NCBI RefSeq assembly: GCF_001457595.1
Contig: NZ_LN831039.1
Location: 2,010,001 to 2,042,000 of the forward strand
Length of the DNA stretch: 32,000 bases
Reading direction: 5' to 3'
Source of the DNA: Mycolicibacterium smegmatis
Lineage (GTDB): Bacteria > Actinomycetota > Actinomycetes > Mycobacteriales > Mycobacteriaceae
Part shown: piece after piece, positions 6,442 through 19,989 of the stretch
Layout of the letters: each line of letters starts with the position of its first letter
How positions within the stretch are numbered: the first letter of the stretch is position 1
Notes under the pieces: generated by a model
What the model saw: the letters and a program-made list of their open reading frames with translations, nothing else
Told to the model about the DNA's origin: nothing
Databases searched by the model: none
Position numbers and translations under genes: made by a program

Positions 6442-7128
6442 ATGGACACCATGAGGCAAAGGATCCTTGTCGTCGATGACGACCCGTCACTGGCCGAGAT
6501 GCTCACCATCGTTCTGCGTGGTGAGGGTTTCGACACCGCGGTCATCGGCGACGGCAGCCAGGCACTCACCGCTGTCCGGGAGCTCAGGCCGGACCTGGTC
6601 CTGCTCGATTTGATGCTGCCTGGGATGAACGGCATCGACGTGTGCCGTGTGCTGCGCGCCGACTCCGGCGTGCCGATCGTCATGCTGACCGCCAAGACCG
6701 ACACCGTCGACGTGGTGCTGGGCCTGGAATCCGGAGCCGACGACTATGTGATGAAGCCGTTCAAGCCGAAGGAGCTCGTCGCGCGCGTGCGGGCCCGGCT
6801 GCGGCGCAACGAGGACGAGCCCGCCGAGATGCTGTCGATCGGTGACGTCGAGATCGACGTGCCCGCGCACAAGGTGACCCGGCAAGGCGAGCAGATTTCG
6901 CTGACACCGCTGGAGTTCGACCTGCTGGTGGCCCTGGCACGCAAACCACGGCAGGTGTTTACTCGGGATGTGCTGCTCGAACAGGTGTGGGGATACCGTC
7001 ACCCCGCTGACACCCGTTTGGTGAACGTGCATGTCCAGCGGTTGCGGGCAAAGGTGGAGAAAGACCCGGAGAACCCGCAGGTGGTCCTGACCGTTCGAGG
7101 AGTGGGATACAAGGCCGGACCCCCGTGA
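6442..7128 (+). CDS. mtrA: Response regulator MtrA (OmpR family)
   Basis: MDTMRQRILVVDDDPSLAEML... is near-identical to recalled M. tuberculosis MtrA. The ORF-track start at 6421 is a likely 5' over-extension. Confidence 0.96.
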   Translation: MDTMRQRILVVDDDPSLAEMLTIVLRGEGFDTAVIGDGSQALTAVRELRPDLVLLDLMLPGMNGIDVCRVLRADSGVPIVMLTAKTDTVDVVLGLESGADDYVMKPFKPKELVARVRARLRRNEDEPAEMLSIGDVEIDVPAHKVTRQGEQISLTPLEFDLLVALARKPRQVFTRDVLLEQVWGYRHPADTRLVNVHVQRLRAKVEKDPENPQVVLTVRGVGYKAGPP

Positions 7129-7195
7129 TCGACGCCGGCGAGCATGCGCGGCGCCGTGACGAGTCGAAGGCTTCTTTGCACGAGGAGCGGTGCCG

Positions 7196-8857
7196 ATGAT
7201 CTTCGGCTCCAGGCGGCGCATACGTGGGCGTTGGGGAGGTTCCGGCCCACTCGTGCGTGGATTGGGGACGTTGGGCAGAGCGCTCAGCCTGGTGTGGCGT
7301 CGCTCCCTGCAACTGCGGGTCGTCACGCTCACGCTCGGGCTGTCACTGGCCGTCATATTGGTACTCGGCTTCGTGCTGACCAGTCAGATCACCGACCGGA
7401 TCCTCGAAGTCAAGGTCAAGGCTGCCACCGAAGAGGTGGAGCGGGCCCGCAACACCGTCAGCGGCATCGTCGGCGGTGAGGAGTCCCGCTCGCTCGAGAG
7501 CAGCCTGCAGTTGGCGCGCAACACGCTCGTCGACCGCAAGGCCGACGTGCGTGCGGACATGGCCGGCGCCTTTGACGCGGTCCTCGTCGTACCCGGCGAC
7601 GGCCCCCGCGCGGCCGCTGCGGCCGGGCCGGTGGCGCAGATCCCCGAGGCGCTGCGTGACTTCGTCAAGGCCGGTCAAGTCAGCTACCAGTACGCGACCG
7701 TGCAGACCGAAGGGTTCTCCGGACCCGCGCTGATCGTGGGCAGCCCGACGACGTCGTCGGTGCCGAATCTTGAGCTGTACCTGATCTTCCCGTTGAACAA
7801 CGAGGAGAGCACCATCGCGCTGGTGCGCGGCACCATGGCGACCGGCGGTGTGGTGCTGCTCGGTCTGCTCGCGGCCATCGCGTTGGTGGTGGCGCGTCAG
7901 ATCGTGCAGCCGGTGCGGTCGGCCTCGCGCATCGCCGAACGGTTCGCCGAGGGGCACCTGACCGAACGCATGCCGGTGCGCGGCGAGGACGACATGGCGC
8001 GCCTGGCGGTGTCGTTCAACGACATGGCCGAAAGCCTGTCACGTCAGATCCAGCAGCTCGAAGAGTTCGGTAACCTGCAGCGCCGCTTCACCTCTGACGT
8101 GAGCCACGAGCTGCGCACGCCGCTGACCACGGTGCGCATGGCCGCCGATCTGATCTACGACCACAGCGAGGATCTGGACCCTGCGCTGCGCCGGTCGACC
8201 GAGCTCATGGTCAACGAACTCGACCGGTTCGAGACACTGCTGGCCGATCTGCTGGAGATCTCACGCCACGACGCGGGCGTGGCCGAATTGTCGGTCGAGT
8301 CGCTGGATCTGCGGTCGACGGTGCGCAGCGCACTGGACAACGTGGGACATCTCGCGGCCGACGCGGGTGTCGAGCTCACTCTCGACATGCCCGAGGAAGA
8401 CGTCATCGCCGAGGTGGATCCCCGCCGCGTGGAACGCATCCTGCGCAACCTCATCGCCAACGCCATCGATCACGCCGAGAGCAAGCCCGTGCAGATCCGC
8501 ATGGCCGCCGACGAGGACACCGTCGCGGTCACGGTGCGCGACTTCGGCGTCGGGCTGCGTCCTGGTGAGGAGAAGCTGGTGTTCAGCCGCTTCTGGCGGT
8601 CCGATCCGTCGCGCGTGCGGCGCTCCGGCGGCACGGGGCTGGGCCTGGCGATCAGCATCGAGGATGCCCGCCTGCACCAGGGACGGTTGGAGGCCTGGGG
8701 CGAGCCCGGCAAGGGTGCGTGCTTCCGGCTCACGTTGCCGCTGGTGCGTGGCCACAAGGTGACGACGAGCCCGTTGCCGCTCAAGCCTGCCTCGGAGCAG
8801 CGGCCGGCGCGCCGCCGTTCCAACAAGGATCGGGAAGCAGCGGAGGAGAGCGTGTGA
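7196..8857 (+). CDS. mtrB: Sensor histidine kinase MtrB
   Basis: [12 protein letters not shown]..., HAMP, H-box SHELRTPL, and N/G boxes. Start ATG 7196 matches the Mtb MtrB N-terminus; GTG 7190 is the alternative. Confidence 0.95.
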
Positions 8858-10611
8858 AGCGCCTGCTGACGGTGTTGGTCGTCGGTCTGGTGGCCCTGGT
8901 GTCCGGTTGCGCGGGAATTCCCAGCTCGTCTTCTCCGCAGGCGATCGGCACGGTCGAACGACCGGCCCCGCCGAGCCTGCCGAAACCGACACCGGACATG
9001 GACCCGGACGTGCTGCTGCGGGAATTCCTCAAGGCCACAGCCGATCCCGCCAACCGGCATCTGGCGGCGCGGCAGTTCCTCACCGAGTCCGCGTCGAGCG
9101 CATGGGACGACGCGGGCAGCGCCCTGCTGATCGACCGCGTGGTGTTCGTCGAAACCCGCAGCACCGACCGGGTTTCGGTGAGCATGCGCGCCGACATCCT
9201 CGGATCGCTGTCGGATCTGGGTGTGTTCGAGACGGGGGAGGGGGCGCTACCCGATCCGGGGCCCATCGAACTGGTCAAGACCTCGGGTGGCTGGCGGATC
9301 GACCGGTTGCCCAACGGCGTGTTCCTGGACTGGCAGCAGTTCCAGGCCACCTACAAGCGCTACACCCTCTACTTCGTCGACCCCACCGGGACCACCGTGG
9401 TGCCCGATCCGCGCTACGTGGCGGTGTCGGATCCGGATCAGCTTGCCACCGAACTCGTCTCGAAGCTCATCGCCGGACCGCGCCCGGAGATGGAGCGCTC
9501 GGTGCGCAACCTGCTCGACCCGCCGCTGAAACTGCGCGGTCCGGTCACCCGCGCCGACGGTGGCAAGACCGGCGTCGGCCGCGGCTACGGCGGTGCGCGC
9601 ATCGACCTGGAGAACCTGTCGGCCTCCGACCCGCACAGCCGCCAACTGCTTGCCGCCCAACTCATCTGGACGCTGTCGCGCGCGGGTGTGGCAGGCCCGT
9701 ACGTGATCAACGTCGACGGCGCGCCGCTGGACGACCGGTTCGCCGACGGCTGGGAGACCTCCGACGTCGCCGCCACCGATCCGGGTGCGGCGCCGGGCGC
9801 GGCGGCGGGCCTGCACGCGCTCGTGAACGGATCGCTGGTGTCGCTCGACGGTCAGCGCGCCCCGCGCGTGCCCGGCGCCTTCGGGCAGGCGCCGCACCAG
9901 GTTTCGGCATCGGTGTCGCGCAACGGTCAGGACGCCGCGTCCGTGGTGGCGCCGCCGGGAGCCCCCGATCCGGCAGCGACGCTGTGGATCGGCCCGCTGG
10001 GCGGCAGCACCGTGCAGGCCATGGAGGGCCGCACCCTGTCGCGGCCGAGTTGGTCGCTGGACCAGGCGGTGTGGGTGGTCGCCGACGGCATCAACGTGGT
10101 GCGTGCCATCCGCGACGCGTCGGGAACCCCGGCGCGGATCCCGGTGGATTCCAGTGCGGTGAGCAGCCGCTACCCGGGACCGATCAGCGACCTGCAGCTG
10201 TCGCGTGACGGCACCCGCGCCGCGATGGTCATCGAGGGCCAGGTGATCCTCGCGGGTATCGAACAGACGCAGGACGGACGGTTCCTGCTGACCTACCCGC
10301 GCCGGTTGGGTTTCGGGCTCGGCAACTCCGCGGTGTCGCTGTCGTGGCGTACCGGTGACGACATCGTGGTGAGCCGCACCGATCCGGAGCACCCCGTGTC
10401 GTATGTGAACCTCGACGGCGTGAATTCCGACGCGCCGAGCCGCAATCTGGTGATGCCGGTGTCGGTCGTGGCGGCCAACCCGTCCACGGTGTATGTCGCC
10501 GATCAGCGTGGCGTGAAGCAACTTTCGGCCTCGGCCGACGAGGAGAACTCGGGTTGGGTCGAGGTCAGTCCGCTGATGGTGCCCGGCTCGCTTCCCGTAC
10601 TGCCCGGCTGA
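8854..10611 (+). CDS. lpqB: Lipoprotein LpqB (MtrAB accessory)
   Basis: GTG 8854 overlaps the mtrB stop (GTGA). Signal peptide plus lipobox LVSGC. Conserved position after mtrB. The ORF-track start at 8719 is an over-extension. Confidence 0.93.
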
Positions 10612-10650
10612 GACGACCCGGATGTCGGTGGCCCGGGGAACACTGCGGGC

Positions 10651-11304
10651 ATGCTCGATCTGGTCCTGCCCCTCGCGTGCGGCGGTTGTGGTGCTGCGTC
10701 GACCGGGTGGTGTCCGCGCTGCGCGGCGGAGTTGACGGTCCGCGACGACGAGCCACACCTGGTCACCCCGCGCACCGATCCGGGTGTCCCGGTGTTCGCT
10801 CTTGGCCGCTACGCTGGCGCCCGCAGACGCGCCATCGTGGCGGCCAAGGAGCACGGCCGCGCCGATCTGCTGCCGCCGCTGGCAAACGCGCTGCGCAGCG
10901 GTCTGGAGCGGCTGCTGACATGGGGCGTCGTCGTTGCTCCGGTGATCGTCGTGCCGGCTCCCACACGGCGCAGTGCGGCCCGCAGACGCGGCGGTGACCC
11001 GGTCACCCGGGTCGCGGTGGCCGCGACCGCCGCACTGCCCGGCGTCACCACGGTCCCGGCCCTGCGGACGCGCGCGTGGGTGCGGGATTCGGTGGGGCTC
11101 TCGGGTGGTGACCGCCAGCGCAACCTCGCCGGACGGATCCGCCTCACACGGGCGGGACGGCGGGCCCTCAGCGACGGCGCGGAGGGTGACCTTGTGCTGG
11201 TCGACGACGTCGTCACGACCGGGGCGACCGCGACCGAATCGGTGCGCACCCTGGCGAGATCCGGTGCCGAGGTGGCCGTGATGCTGGCCATCTCGCACGC
11301 TTGA
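10651..11304 (+). CDS. ComF-family phosphoribosyltransferase-domain protein (Rv3242c-like)
   Basis: N-terminal CGGC...CPRC zinc-finger-like motif and C-terminal PRTase motif VLVDDVVTTGAT. Confidence 0.85.
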   Translation: MLDLVLPLACGGCGAASTGWCPRCAAELTVRDDEPHLVTPRTDPGVPVFALGRYAGARRRAIVAAKEHGRADLLPPLANALRSGLERLLTWGVVVAPVIVVPAPTRRSAARRRGGDPVTRVAVAATAALPGVTTVPALRTRAWVRDSVGLSGGDRQRNLAGRIRLTRAGRRALSDGAEGDLVLVDDVVTTGATATESVRTLARSGAEVAVMLAISHA

Positions 11305-11600
11305 CGGGGGTGCTGATTGTCGGGGCGTCACACGATCATGAAGAACACGAAACCCGTAGGCGGAATCACTGGCACTAACGGGTGAACACGGCTACCGTCG
11401 GCAGCAACACCCCGTGAAGCCTCACGGCAGAGCGCCCCTACCTCGCTCCTTCGCCGTACACGGCCCGTCACATGGCAGGAGGTGAGTCACTCGACCCCTT
11501 GCGCCGGTGGGCGGAGCAAAAATTTTTGGCCCTTCGGCGCGTTTCATCGAGAGCCCGGCACGCGATGCGTGCGACGTGTGAGAGAAACGAGTTGCCAAGT

Positions 11601-12293
11601 ATGTCAAGCCATTCGATGGATTCAACCCGCACCATGGTCGTCGAAGACGACCGCGAGAGCACTGCTGGCACCACCCCGGAACGGCCCCATGCCGAGGTCG
11701 TCGTCAAGGGTCGCAACGTCGAGGTCCCCGACCATTTCCGCACCTACGTCTCAGAGAAGCTGTCGCGCCTTGAGCGATTCGACAAGACCATCTACCTCTT
11801 CGACGTCGAACTTGACCACGAACGCAACCGCCGCCAACGCAAGAACTGTCAACACGTCGAGATCACCGCGCGCGGGCGCGGCCCTGTCGTCCGGGGCGAG
11901 GCCTGCGCCGACAGCTTCTACGCCGCTTTCGAGTCGGCGGTCCAAAAGCTCGAGGGCAGACTGCGACGCGCCAAGGACCGGCGCAAGATCCACTACGGCG
12001 ACAAGACCCCCGTGTCGCTGGCCGAGGCCACCGCGAAAGACCCGCTGGCGGGCCTCGACGTGTCCAGGGAGGACGGTGAGGCGCGCTACAACGACGGCGT
12101 CGCCGAGCACGAACCCGGCCGGATCGTCCGCATCAAGGACCACCCCGCGACGCCCATGACGGTCGACGACGCGCTCTACGAGATGGAACTGGTCGGTCAC
12201 GACTTCTTCCTGTTCCACGACAAGGAGACGGACAGACCCTCGGTGGTGTACCGCCGCCACGCGTTCGACTACGGGCTGATCCGCCTGGCCTGA
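11601..12293 (+). CDS. hpf: Long-form ribosome hibernation promoting factor (Rv3241c-like)
   Basis: VVVKGRNVEVPDHFRTYVSEKLSRLERF (sigma-54 modulation/RaiA fold) and the C-terminal dimerisation domain IVRIKDHPATPMTVDDALYEMELVGHDFFLF. ATG 11601 is chosen as start (230 aa) but is uncertain; 11616 is the alternative. Confidence 0.88.
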   Translation: MSSHSMDSTRTMVVEDDRESTAGTTPERPHAEVVVKGRNVEVPDHFRTYVSEKLSRLERFDKTIYLFDVELDHERNRRQRKNCQHVEITARGRGPVVRGEACADSFYAAFESAVQKLEGRLRRAKDRRKIHYGDKTPVSLAEATAKDPLAGLDVSREDGEARYNDGVAEHEPGRIVRIKDHPATPMTVDDALYEMELVGHDFFLFHDKETDRPSVVYRRHAFDYGLIRLA

Positions 12294-12336
12294 CCGGCCG
12301 ACCAGCACAAACAGCCGACAACCCACAGTCGGCGGG

Positions 12337-12369
12337 ATCGCACTCCGGAGGTTTCCGGAGTGCGATTTC
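12337..12369 (+). terminator. Hairpin terminator downstream of hpf
   Basis: Perfect 13-bp stem ATCGCACTCCGGA / TCCGGAGTGCGAT with GGTT loop, followed by TTTC. Located 44 nt after the hpf stop. Confidence 0.7.
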
Positions 12370-12529
12370 ACGTGTGGGCCGGTTCACGCGGGCAAGCGGA
12401 GCAGGTCGGTGGCCGGTCTTTGACGGCTGACAGAGCCGGAGTGTTCCACCTGTCACCTACGATGGACTCGACTAATAGCCCGTGAGATCCCACCCACGGG
12501 GATCCATCGAAACCCACAGGGGAAATAGC

Positions 12530-15387
<2,858 letters not shown>

Positions 15388-15391
<4 letters not shown>

Positions 15392-15966
15392 CCGATCTGC
15401 AGGGCGGTGAGTTGCCAACGGCCGCTCTGCAATTCGGCGCGTGCCGCGATGGCGCGGACCCGCTGACCGCGGGTGTAAGTGGCGAATATTTCCGCGGCGG
15501 TGCCGTAGCCGGCGTCGGTGCCGCGCGTGGGCCCGGCAGCCGCGCGTAACCGCACGCGGCGCAGGTTCGCGGGGGCGCCGTGGCGCGTCTGAGACAGCGC
15601 CACCACGGAGTCGATCAACAGCGGGTTGAGCACCGCGCGCAACTGCGCCGGGGATCTGCGCCGGTCGATGACCTCCAGCACGCGGCGCAGGGCCATCGCG
15701 GCGAACTGGCCGGCACCGTCGTGCACTTGCTGCTCGACCGGTGGTGGCACCAGACGCAACGTGCGTGGCGTATGCCGGTGCAGCGCGGTGGGTGCCGGGC
15801 ACGGTGGCACCGAGGTGATGGGTTGCACCGGCGGTTCGTAGTCGATCACCGGCTCCACGACCGGTCTCGGCGCGGGGCCTGCGACCGGCAGATCGGTTGC
15901 GGGCGATGGCGCGGCTTCTGATGGGTGCACGAGAGAACTCCAGCGGTCGGCAGGACAGGACGACAT
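15388..15966 (-). CDS. Rv3235-family Ala/Arg/Pro-rich conserved actinobacterial protein
   Basis: Orientation and position (convergent with secA, divergent from the WS/DGAT) match Rv3235. Conserved core [17 protein letters not shown]...VRAIAARAE. Confidence 0.7.
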
Positions 15967-16099
15967 CTGCTGGAGAGGTGCAGATGAATCAATGATCCCA
16001 CGACGTGACGGCCTCGGAACGCACCCGTGATGCGCGCACGCAGAATCCCCGGTTACCGTGACGGGGTTCCACGCGATCCACAGGGGAGGTTGGCGCCGA

Positions 16100-17509
16100 A
16101 TGGTGACCAGGCTGTCGGCGTCCGACGCAGCGTTCTACCGCCTCGAGAACACCTCGACACCGATGTACGTCGGGTCCCTGTCCATCCTGCGCAAACCACG
16201 CGCCGGACTGAGCTACGAGACCCTGCTGGAGACCGTCGAGAAGCGCCTGCCGCAGATCCCTCGGTACCGGCAGAAGGTGCGCGAGGTGACGCTGGGGCTG
16301 GCGCGCCCGGTGTGGATCGACGACCGTGAATTCGACATCACTTATCACATCCGGCGTTCGGCTCTGCCGTCTCCGGGCAGCGACGCCCAATTGCACGACC
16401 TGGTGGCCCGGCTCGGGTCACGGCCGCTGGACAAGACACGGCCGCTGTGGGAGATGTACCTCGTCGAGGGGCTGGCCGGGAACCGCATCGCGATCTACAC
16501 CAAGTCACATCAGGCGCTGGTGAACGGCATGTCCGCGCTCGAGGTGGGCCACGTGATCGCCGACCGGACCCAGAAACCGCCCGAGTTCGGTGAGGACATC
16601 TGGATCCCGTCGCGTGAGCCGACCGACCGCCAACTGGTGCTCGGCGCGATCGGGGAGTGGATCGCACGTCCCACCAGTCAGGTCGCGGCGCTGCGCGACA
16701 CCGTCACCGAGGTGGCCACCAACGCAGGCGAACTCGCCGCGGTGGGGCGCCGGATCGCCGACACGGTTCGCACGGTGGCGCGCGGCACGGCCCCGAGCAG
16801 TCCGCTCAACACCACGGTGTCGCGCAACCGCAGGTTCACGGTGGCCGACCACAAGCTCGACGATTACCGGCAGGTGCGGGTGCGCTACGACTGCGACATC
16901 AACGACGTGGTGCTGGCGGTGATCTCCGGGGCGCTGCGCAACTGGCTGCTCTCACGTGGCGAGCCGGTGACGCCGAGCACCACCGTGCGGGCCATGGCGC
17001 CGCTGTCGGTCTACCCCGACGAGGAACTCGATTCGCCCGGCCCTGGTCAGGCGATCAGCGAGGTCTCGCCGTTCCTCGTCGACCTGCCGGTCGGGGAGGG
17101 CAACGCCGTCGTGCGCCTGTCGCACATCACCCACGCCACCGAGTCGAACTCGTGGGCGGTCAGCCTGGTCGACGCGCGCACCATCGTGACGCTCTCGGGA
17201 TTCGCACCGCCGACATTGCACGCGATGGGAATTCGTGTGGCGACGGGGTTTTCGGCGCGCTTGTTCAATCTGTTGATCACGAATGTGCCGGGACCGCAGA
17301 AGCAGATGTACGTTGCGGGCACGAAGCTGCTGGAGACGTACGCAGTGCCGCCGCTGTTGCACAACCAGGTGCTGGCGATCGGCGTGACCTCGTACAACGG
17401 CAGGCTGTACTTCGGGATCAACGCCGATCGTGACGCCATGAGCGACGTCGACGTGTTCCGCAGCCTGCTCGACGAATCCCTGGAGGAATTGATAGACGCG
17501 GCTAAGTAA
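16100..17509 (+). CDS. Wax ester synthase / diacylglycerol acyltransferase (WS/DGAT, Tgs family) with atypical active-site motif
   Basis: N-terminal LSASDAAFYRLE, C-terminal ITNVPGPQ motif, family-typical length. GGGGAGG lies 9 nt before ATG 16100. The HHxxxDG position reads HQALVNG (16508..16528). Confidence 0.88.
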   Translation: MVTRLSASDAAFYRLENTSTPMYVGSLSILRKPRAGLSYETLLETVEKRLPQIPRYRQKVREVTLGLARPVWIDDREFDITYHIRRSALPSPGSDAQLHDLVARLGSRPLDKTRPLWEMYLVEGLAGNRIAIYTKSHQALVNGMSALEVGHVIADRTQKPPEFGEDIWIPSREPTDRQLVLGAIGEWIARPTSQVAALRDTVTEVATNAGELAAVGRRIADTVRTVARGTAPSSPLNTTVSRNRRFTVADHKLDDYRQVRVRYDCDINDVVLAVISGALRNWLLSRGEPVTPSTTVRAMAPLSVYPDEELDSPGPGQAISEVSPFLVDLPVGEGNAVVRLSHITHATESNSWAVSLVDARTIVTLSGFAPPTLHAMGIRVATGFSARLFNLLITNVPGPQKQMYVAGTKLLETYAVPPLLHNQVLAIGVTSYNGRLYFGINADRDAMSDVDVFRSLLDESLEELIDAAK

Positions 17510-17571
17510 TTTCTGGCAAACCGGCCCGGAAATTTGATTTCGTTTGCCATCCGCGCTGTGATGAATTGACC

Positions 17572-19428
17572 ATGACTGACGAGATACGAAAAGCTAAATT
17601 TGACGCGGACGAAAAAGCGGTAACGAAAACCGAAAAAGTTCTCAAATCACCCGTCGGTAGCGACGTCGTCGTCCCGCAACACCCCGTGCTCGACGTACCG
17701 GTCGAGCAGAAGGCCTACACGCGCCGCGAGGGTCTGGACCGCGTGGTGTTCGGCGTCACGGCCCTCATCGCGATCGGCTTCCTGGTCTGGGGCTTCCTCA
17801 GCACCGACTCGCTTGCCTCGGCCTCGGCCGACGCCCTGGCCTGGGTGATGAACAGCACCGGATGGCTGTTCGTGCTCACCGCGTCCGGGTTCGTGGTGTT
17901 CGTGGTGTGGCTGGCGGTCAGCCGCTACGGCAACATCCCGCTGGGCCGCGACGACGAAGAACCAGAGTTCCGCACGGTGTCGTGGGTGGCCATGATGTTC
18001 AGCGCGGGCATGGGCATCGGCCTGATGTTCTTCGGGGTGTCAGAACCGTTGTCACACTTCGTCACTCCACCGCCGGGCACCGGCGACCCGGGAGACCCGG
18101 CCGCCGCGCAGACCGCGATGGCGACCACGCTGTTCCACTGGACGCTGCACCCGTGGGCCATCTACGCGGTCGTGGGCCTGGCGATCGCCTACGGCGTGTA
18201 CCGCAAGGGCCGGCTGCAACTGGTCAGCGCCGCCTTCGAGCCGCTGCTGGGTGAGCGCGCCAACGGTCCGGCGGGCAAGGTCATCGACATGTTGGCGATC
18301 TTCGCCACACTGTTCGGGTCGGCGGCCTCGCTGGGCCTGGGCGCCCTGCAGATCCGCAGCGGCCTGCAGATCGTGTCGGGCATCGGGCAGGTCGGCAACA
18401 CCATCCTGGTGGTGATCATCACGGTGCTCACCGTCGCCTTCGTGCTGTCGGCCGTCTCGGGTGTGGCCCGCGGGATCCAGTGGTTGTCGAACATCAACAT
18501 GGTGCTCGCCTTCGTGCTGGCGTTGTTCATCTTCCTGGTGGGCCCGACGGTGTTCATGCTCAACATGATCCCCACGTCCATCGGTAGTTACGTGGAGCAG
18601 TTGGCGATGATGTCGGCCCGCACCGGGGCCGAGGGCGCCGACGTCAACGAGTGGCTGCAGTCGTGGACGATCTTCTACTGGGCCTGGTGGATCTCCTGGA
18701 CTCCCTTCGTGGGCATGTTCATCGCGCGTATCTCGCGTGGACGCACCATCCGCCAGTTCATCGCGGGCGTGCTGTTCGTGCCGAGCGTGGTGTCGCTGGT
18801 GTGGTTCTGCGTGTTCGGCGGCGCGGCCATCCACGAACAGCAGAACGGGGTCGATCTCGCGGGTGAGGGCAGCGTCGAGCAGCAGTTGTTCGGGCTGCTC
18901 GACCAGTACCCGATCGCGACGATCGCCAGCGTCGTGGTGATGCTGCTGGTGGCGATCTTCTTCGTCTCCGGCGCCGACGCCGCGTCGATCGTGATGGGCT
19001 CGCTGTCCGAACGCGGCACGATCAAACCGACGCGCCCGACGGTGATCTTTTGGGGCGTCGCCACCGGCGCGGTGGCCGCCGTGATGCTGCTGGTGGGCGG
19101 TGAGGACGCGCTCAACGGCCTGCAGACGATCACGATCATCGCGGCGCTGCCGTTCGTGGTGGTGATGGTGGGCCTGACGGTGTCGCTCATGCGGGATCTG
19201 CGTCGCGACCCGATGATCGTGCGTCGCGAGTACGCGGTCGAGGCCGTCAACTCGGCGGTGGTCCAGGGTGTCACACAGCACGGCGACGACTTCGTGATCG
19301 CCGTCGAGAAGGACCCGAACGCCGACGACGGGCATGACGACCGGGCCGACGCCGATTCCGCCGAGGTCGCCGACGAGCCCGGCGCCGAGACCAGCGACAA
19401 AACCAAAGACGTGCCCGCGGGCGGCTAA
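17572..19428 (+). CDS. BCCT-family betaine/choline/carnitine transporter
   Basis: Twelve-TM-like hydrophobic profile. BCCT signature region WTIFYWAWWISWTPFVGMFIARISRGRTIRQF. Start at ATG 17572 or TTG 17566. Confidence 0.9.
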   Translation: MTDEIRKAKFDADEKAVTKTEKVLKSPVGSDVVVPQHPVLDVPVEQKAYTRREGLDRVVFGVTALIAIGFLVWGFLSTDSLASASADALAWVMNSTGWLFVLTASGFVVFVVWLAVSRYGNIPLGRDDEEPEFRTVSWVAMMFSAGMGIGLMFFGVSEPLSHFVTPPPGTGDPGDPAAAQTAMATTLFHWTLHPWAIYAVVGLAIAYGVYRKGRLQLVSAAFEPLLGERANGPAGKVIDMLAIFATLFGSAASLGLGALQIRSGLQIVSGIGQVGNTILVVIITVLTVAFVLSAVSGVARGIQWLSNINMVLAFVLALFIFLVGPTVFMLNMIPTSIGSYVEQLAMMSARTGAEGADVNEWLQSWTIFYWAWWISWTPFVGMFIARISRGRTIRQFIAGVLFVPSVVSLVWFCVFGGAAIHEQQNGVDLAGEGSVEQQLFGLLDQYPIATIASVVVMLLVAIFFVSGADAASIVMGSLSERGTIKPTRPTVIFWGVATGAVAAVMLLVGGEDALNGLQTITIIAALPFVVVMVGLTVSLMRDLRRDPMIVRREYAVEAVNSAVVQGVTQHGDDFVIAVEKDPNADDGHDDRADADSAEVADEPGAETSDKTKDVPAGG

Positions 19429-19437
19429 TCTCGCGGG

Positions 19438-19935
19438 GTGCGCGTATACATCCCGACGACGCTGGCCGCACTGCAGCGCCTCGTCACTGACCGGTCGCTC
19501 CTCGTCACCAACGGCACGGCGTTCGCCGTCACGCCGACCCTTCGCGAGGCGTATGCCGAGGGCGATGACGACGAACTCGCCGAGGTCGCGTTGCGCGACG
19601 CGGCCCTGGCGTCAATGCGGTTGCTGGCCACCGGCGGCGAGTCGGATCTCCCGCCTCGCCGCGCGGTGGTCGTGGCCGATGTGCCCGGCGCGCAACCGCG
19701 CCCGGATCTCGACGACGCCGTGGTTCGGTTGCCCGGGCCGGTGCCGATCGACTCGGTGATCGCGGTCTACGTGGACAACGCCGACGCCGAACCGGCCGTG
19801 CGGGCTGCCGTGGACGTCATCGACGAGGCGGATCTGGGGGACGAGGATGCTGAACTGACGGTCGGCGACGCACAGGACCACGACCTCGCGTGGTACGCGT
19901 CGCAGGAGCTCCCGTTCCTTCTTGAACTGCTCTGA
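19438..19935 (+). CDS. Conserved hypothetical acidic protein (position equivalent to Rv3231c)
   Basis: Coding-like composition, GTG start. Sits immediately upstream of the reductase/desaturase pair as Rv3231c does in M. tuberculosis. No motif recognised. Confidence 0.6.
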   Translation: MRVYIPTTLAALQRLVTDRSLLVTNGTAFAVTPTLREAYAEGDDDELAEVALRDAALASMRLLATGGESDLPPRRAVVVADVPGAQPRPDLDDAVVRLPGPVPIDSVIAVYVDNADAEPAVRAAVDVIDEADLGDEDAELTVGDAQDHDLAWYASQELPFLLELL

Positions 19936-19959
19936 TATCGCGCCAGGGCTGGCTACGAC

Positions 19960-19989
19960 ACCGTAAGTTACGGTACCGTAGGTTGCGTG
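19960..19989. promoter_or_regulatory. Two abutting 15-bp operator-like sites upstream of and overlapping the reductase start
   Basis: ACCGTAAGTTACGGT (perfect 7-bp arms, 19960..19974) is followed directly by ACCGTAGGTTGCGTG (19975..19989, overlapping GTG 19987). Confidence 0.5.

Noticed and set aside
9247-11331. 694-aa minus-strand ORF
   Set aside because: It is antisense to lpqB and the ComF-like gene. It has Arg/Gly/His/Pro-rich low-complexity composition and no recognisable domain. The plus-strand genes are well supported by synteny and motifs.
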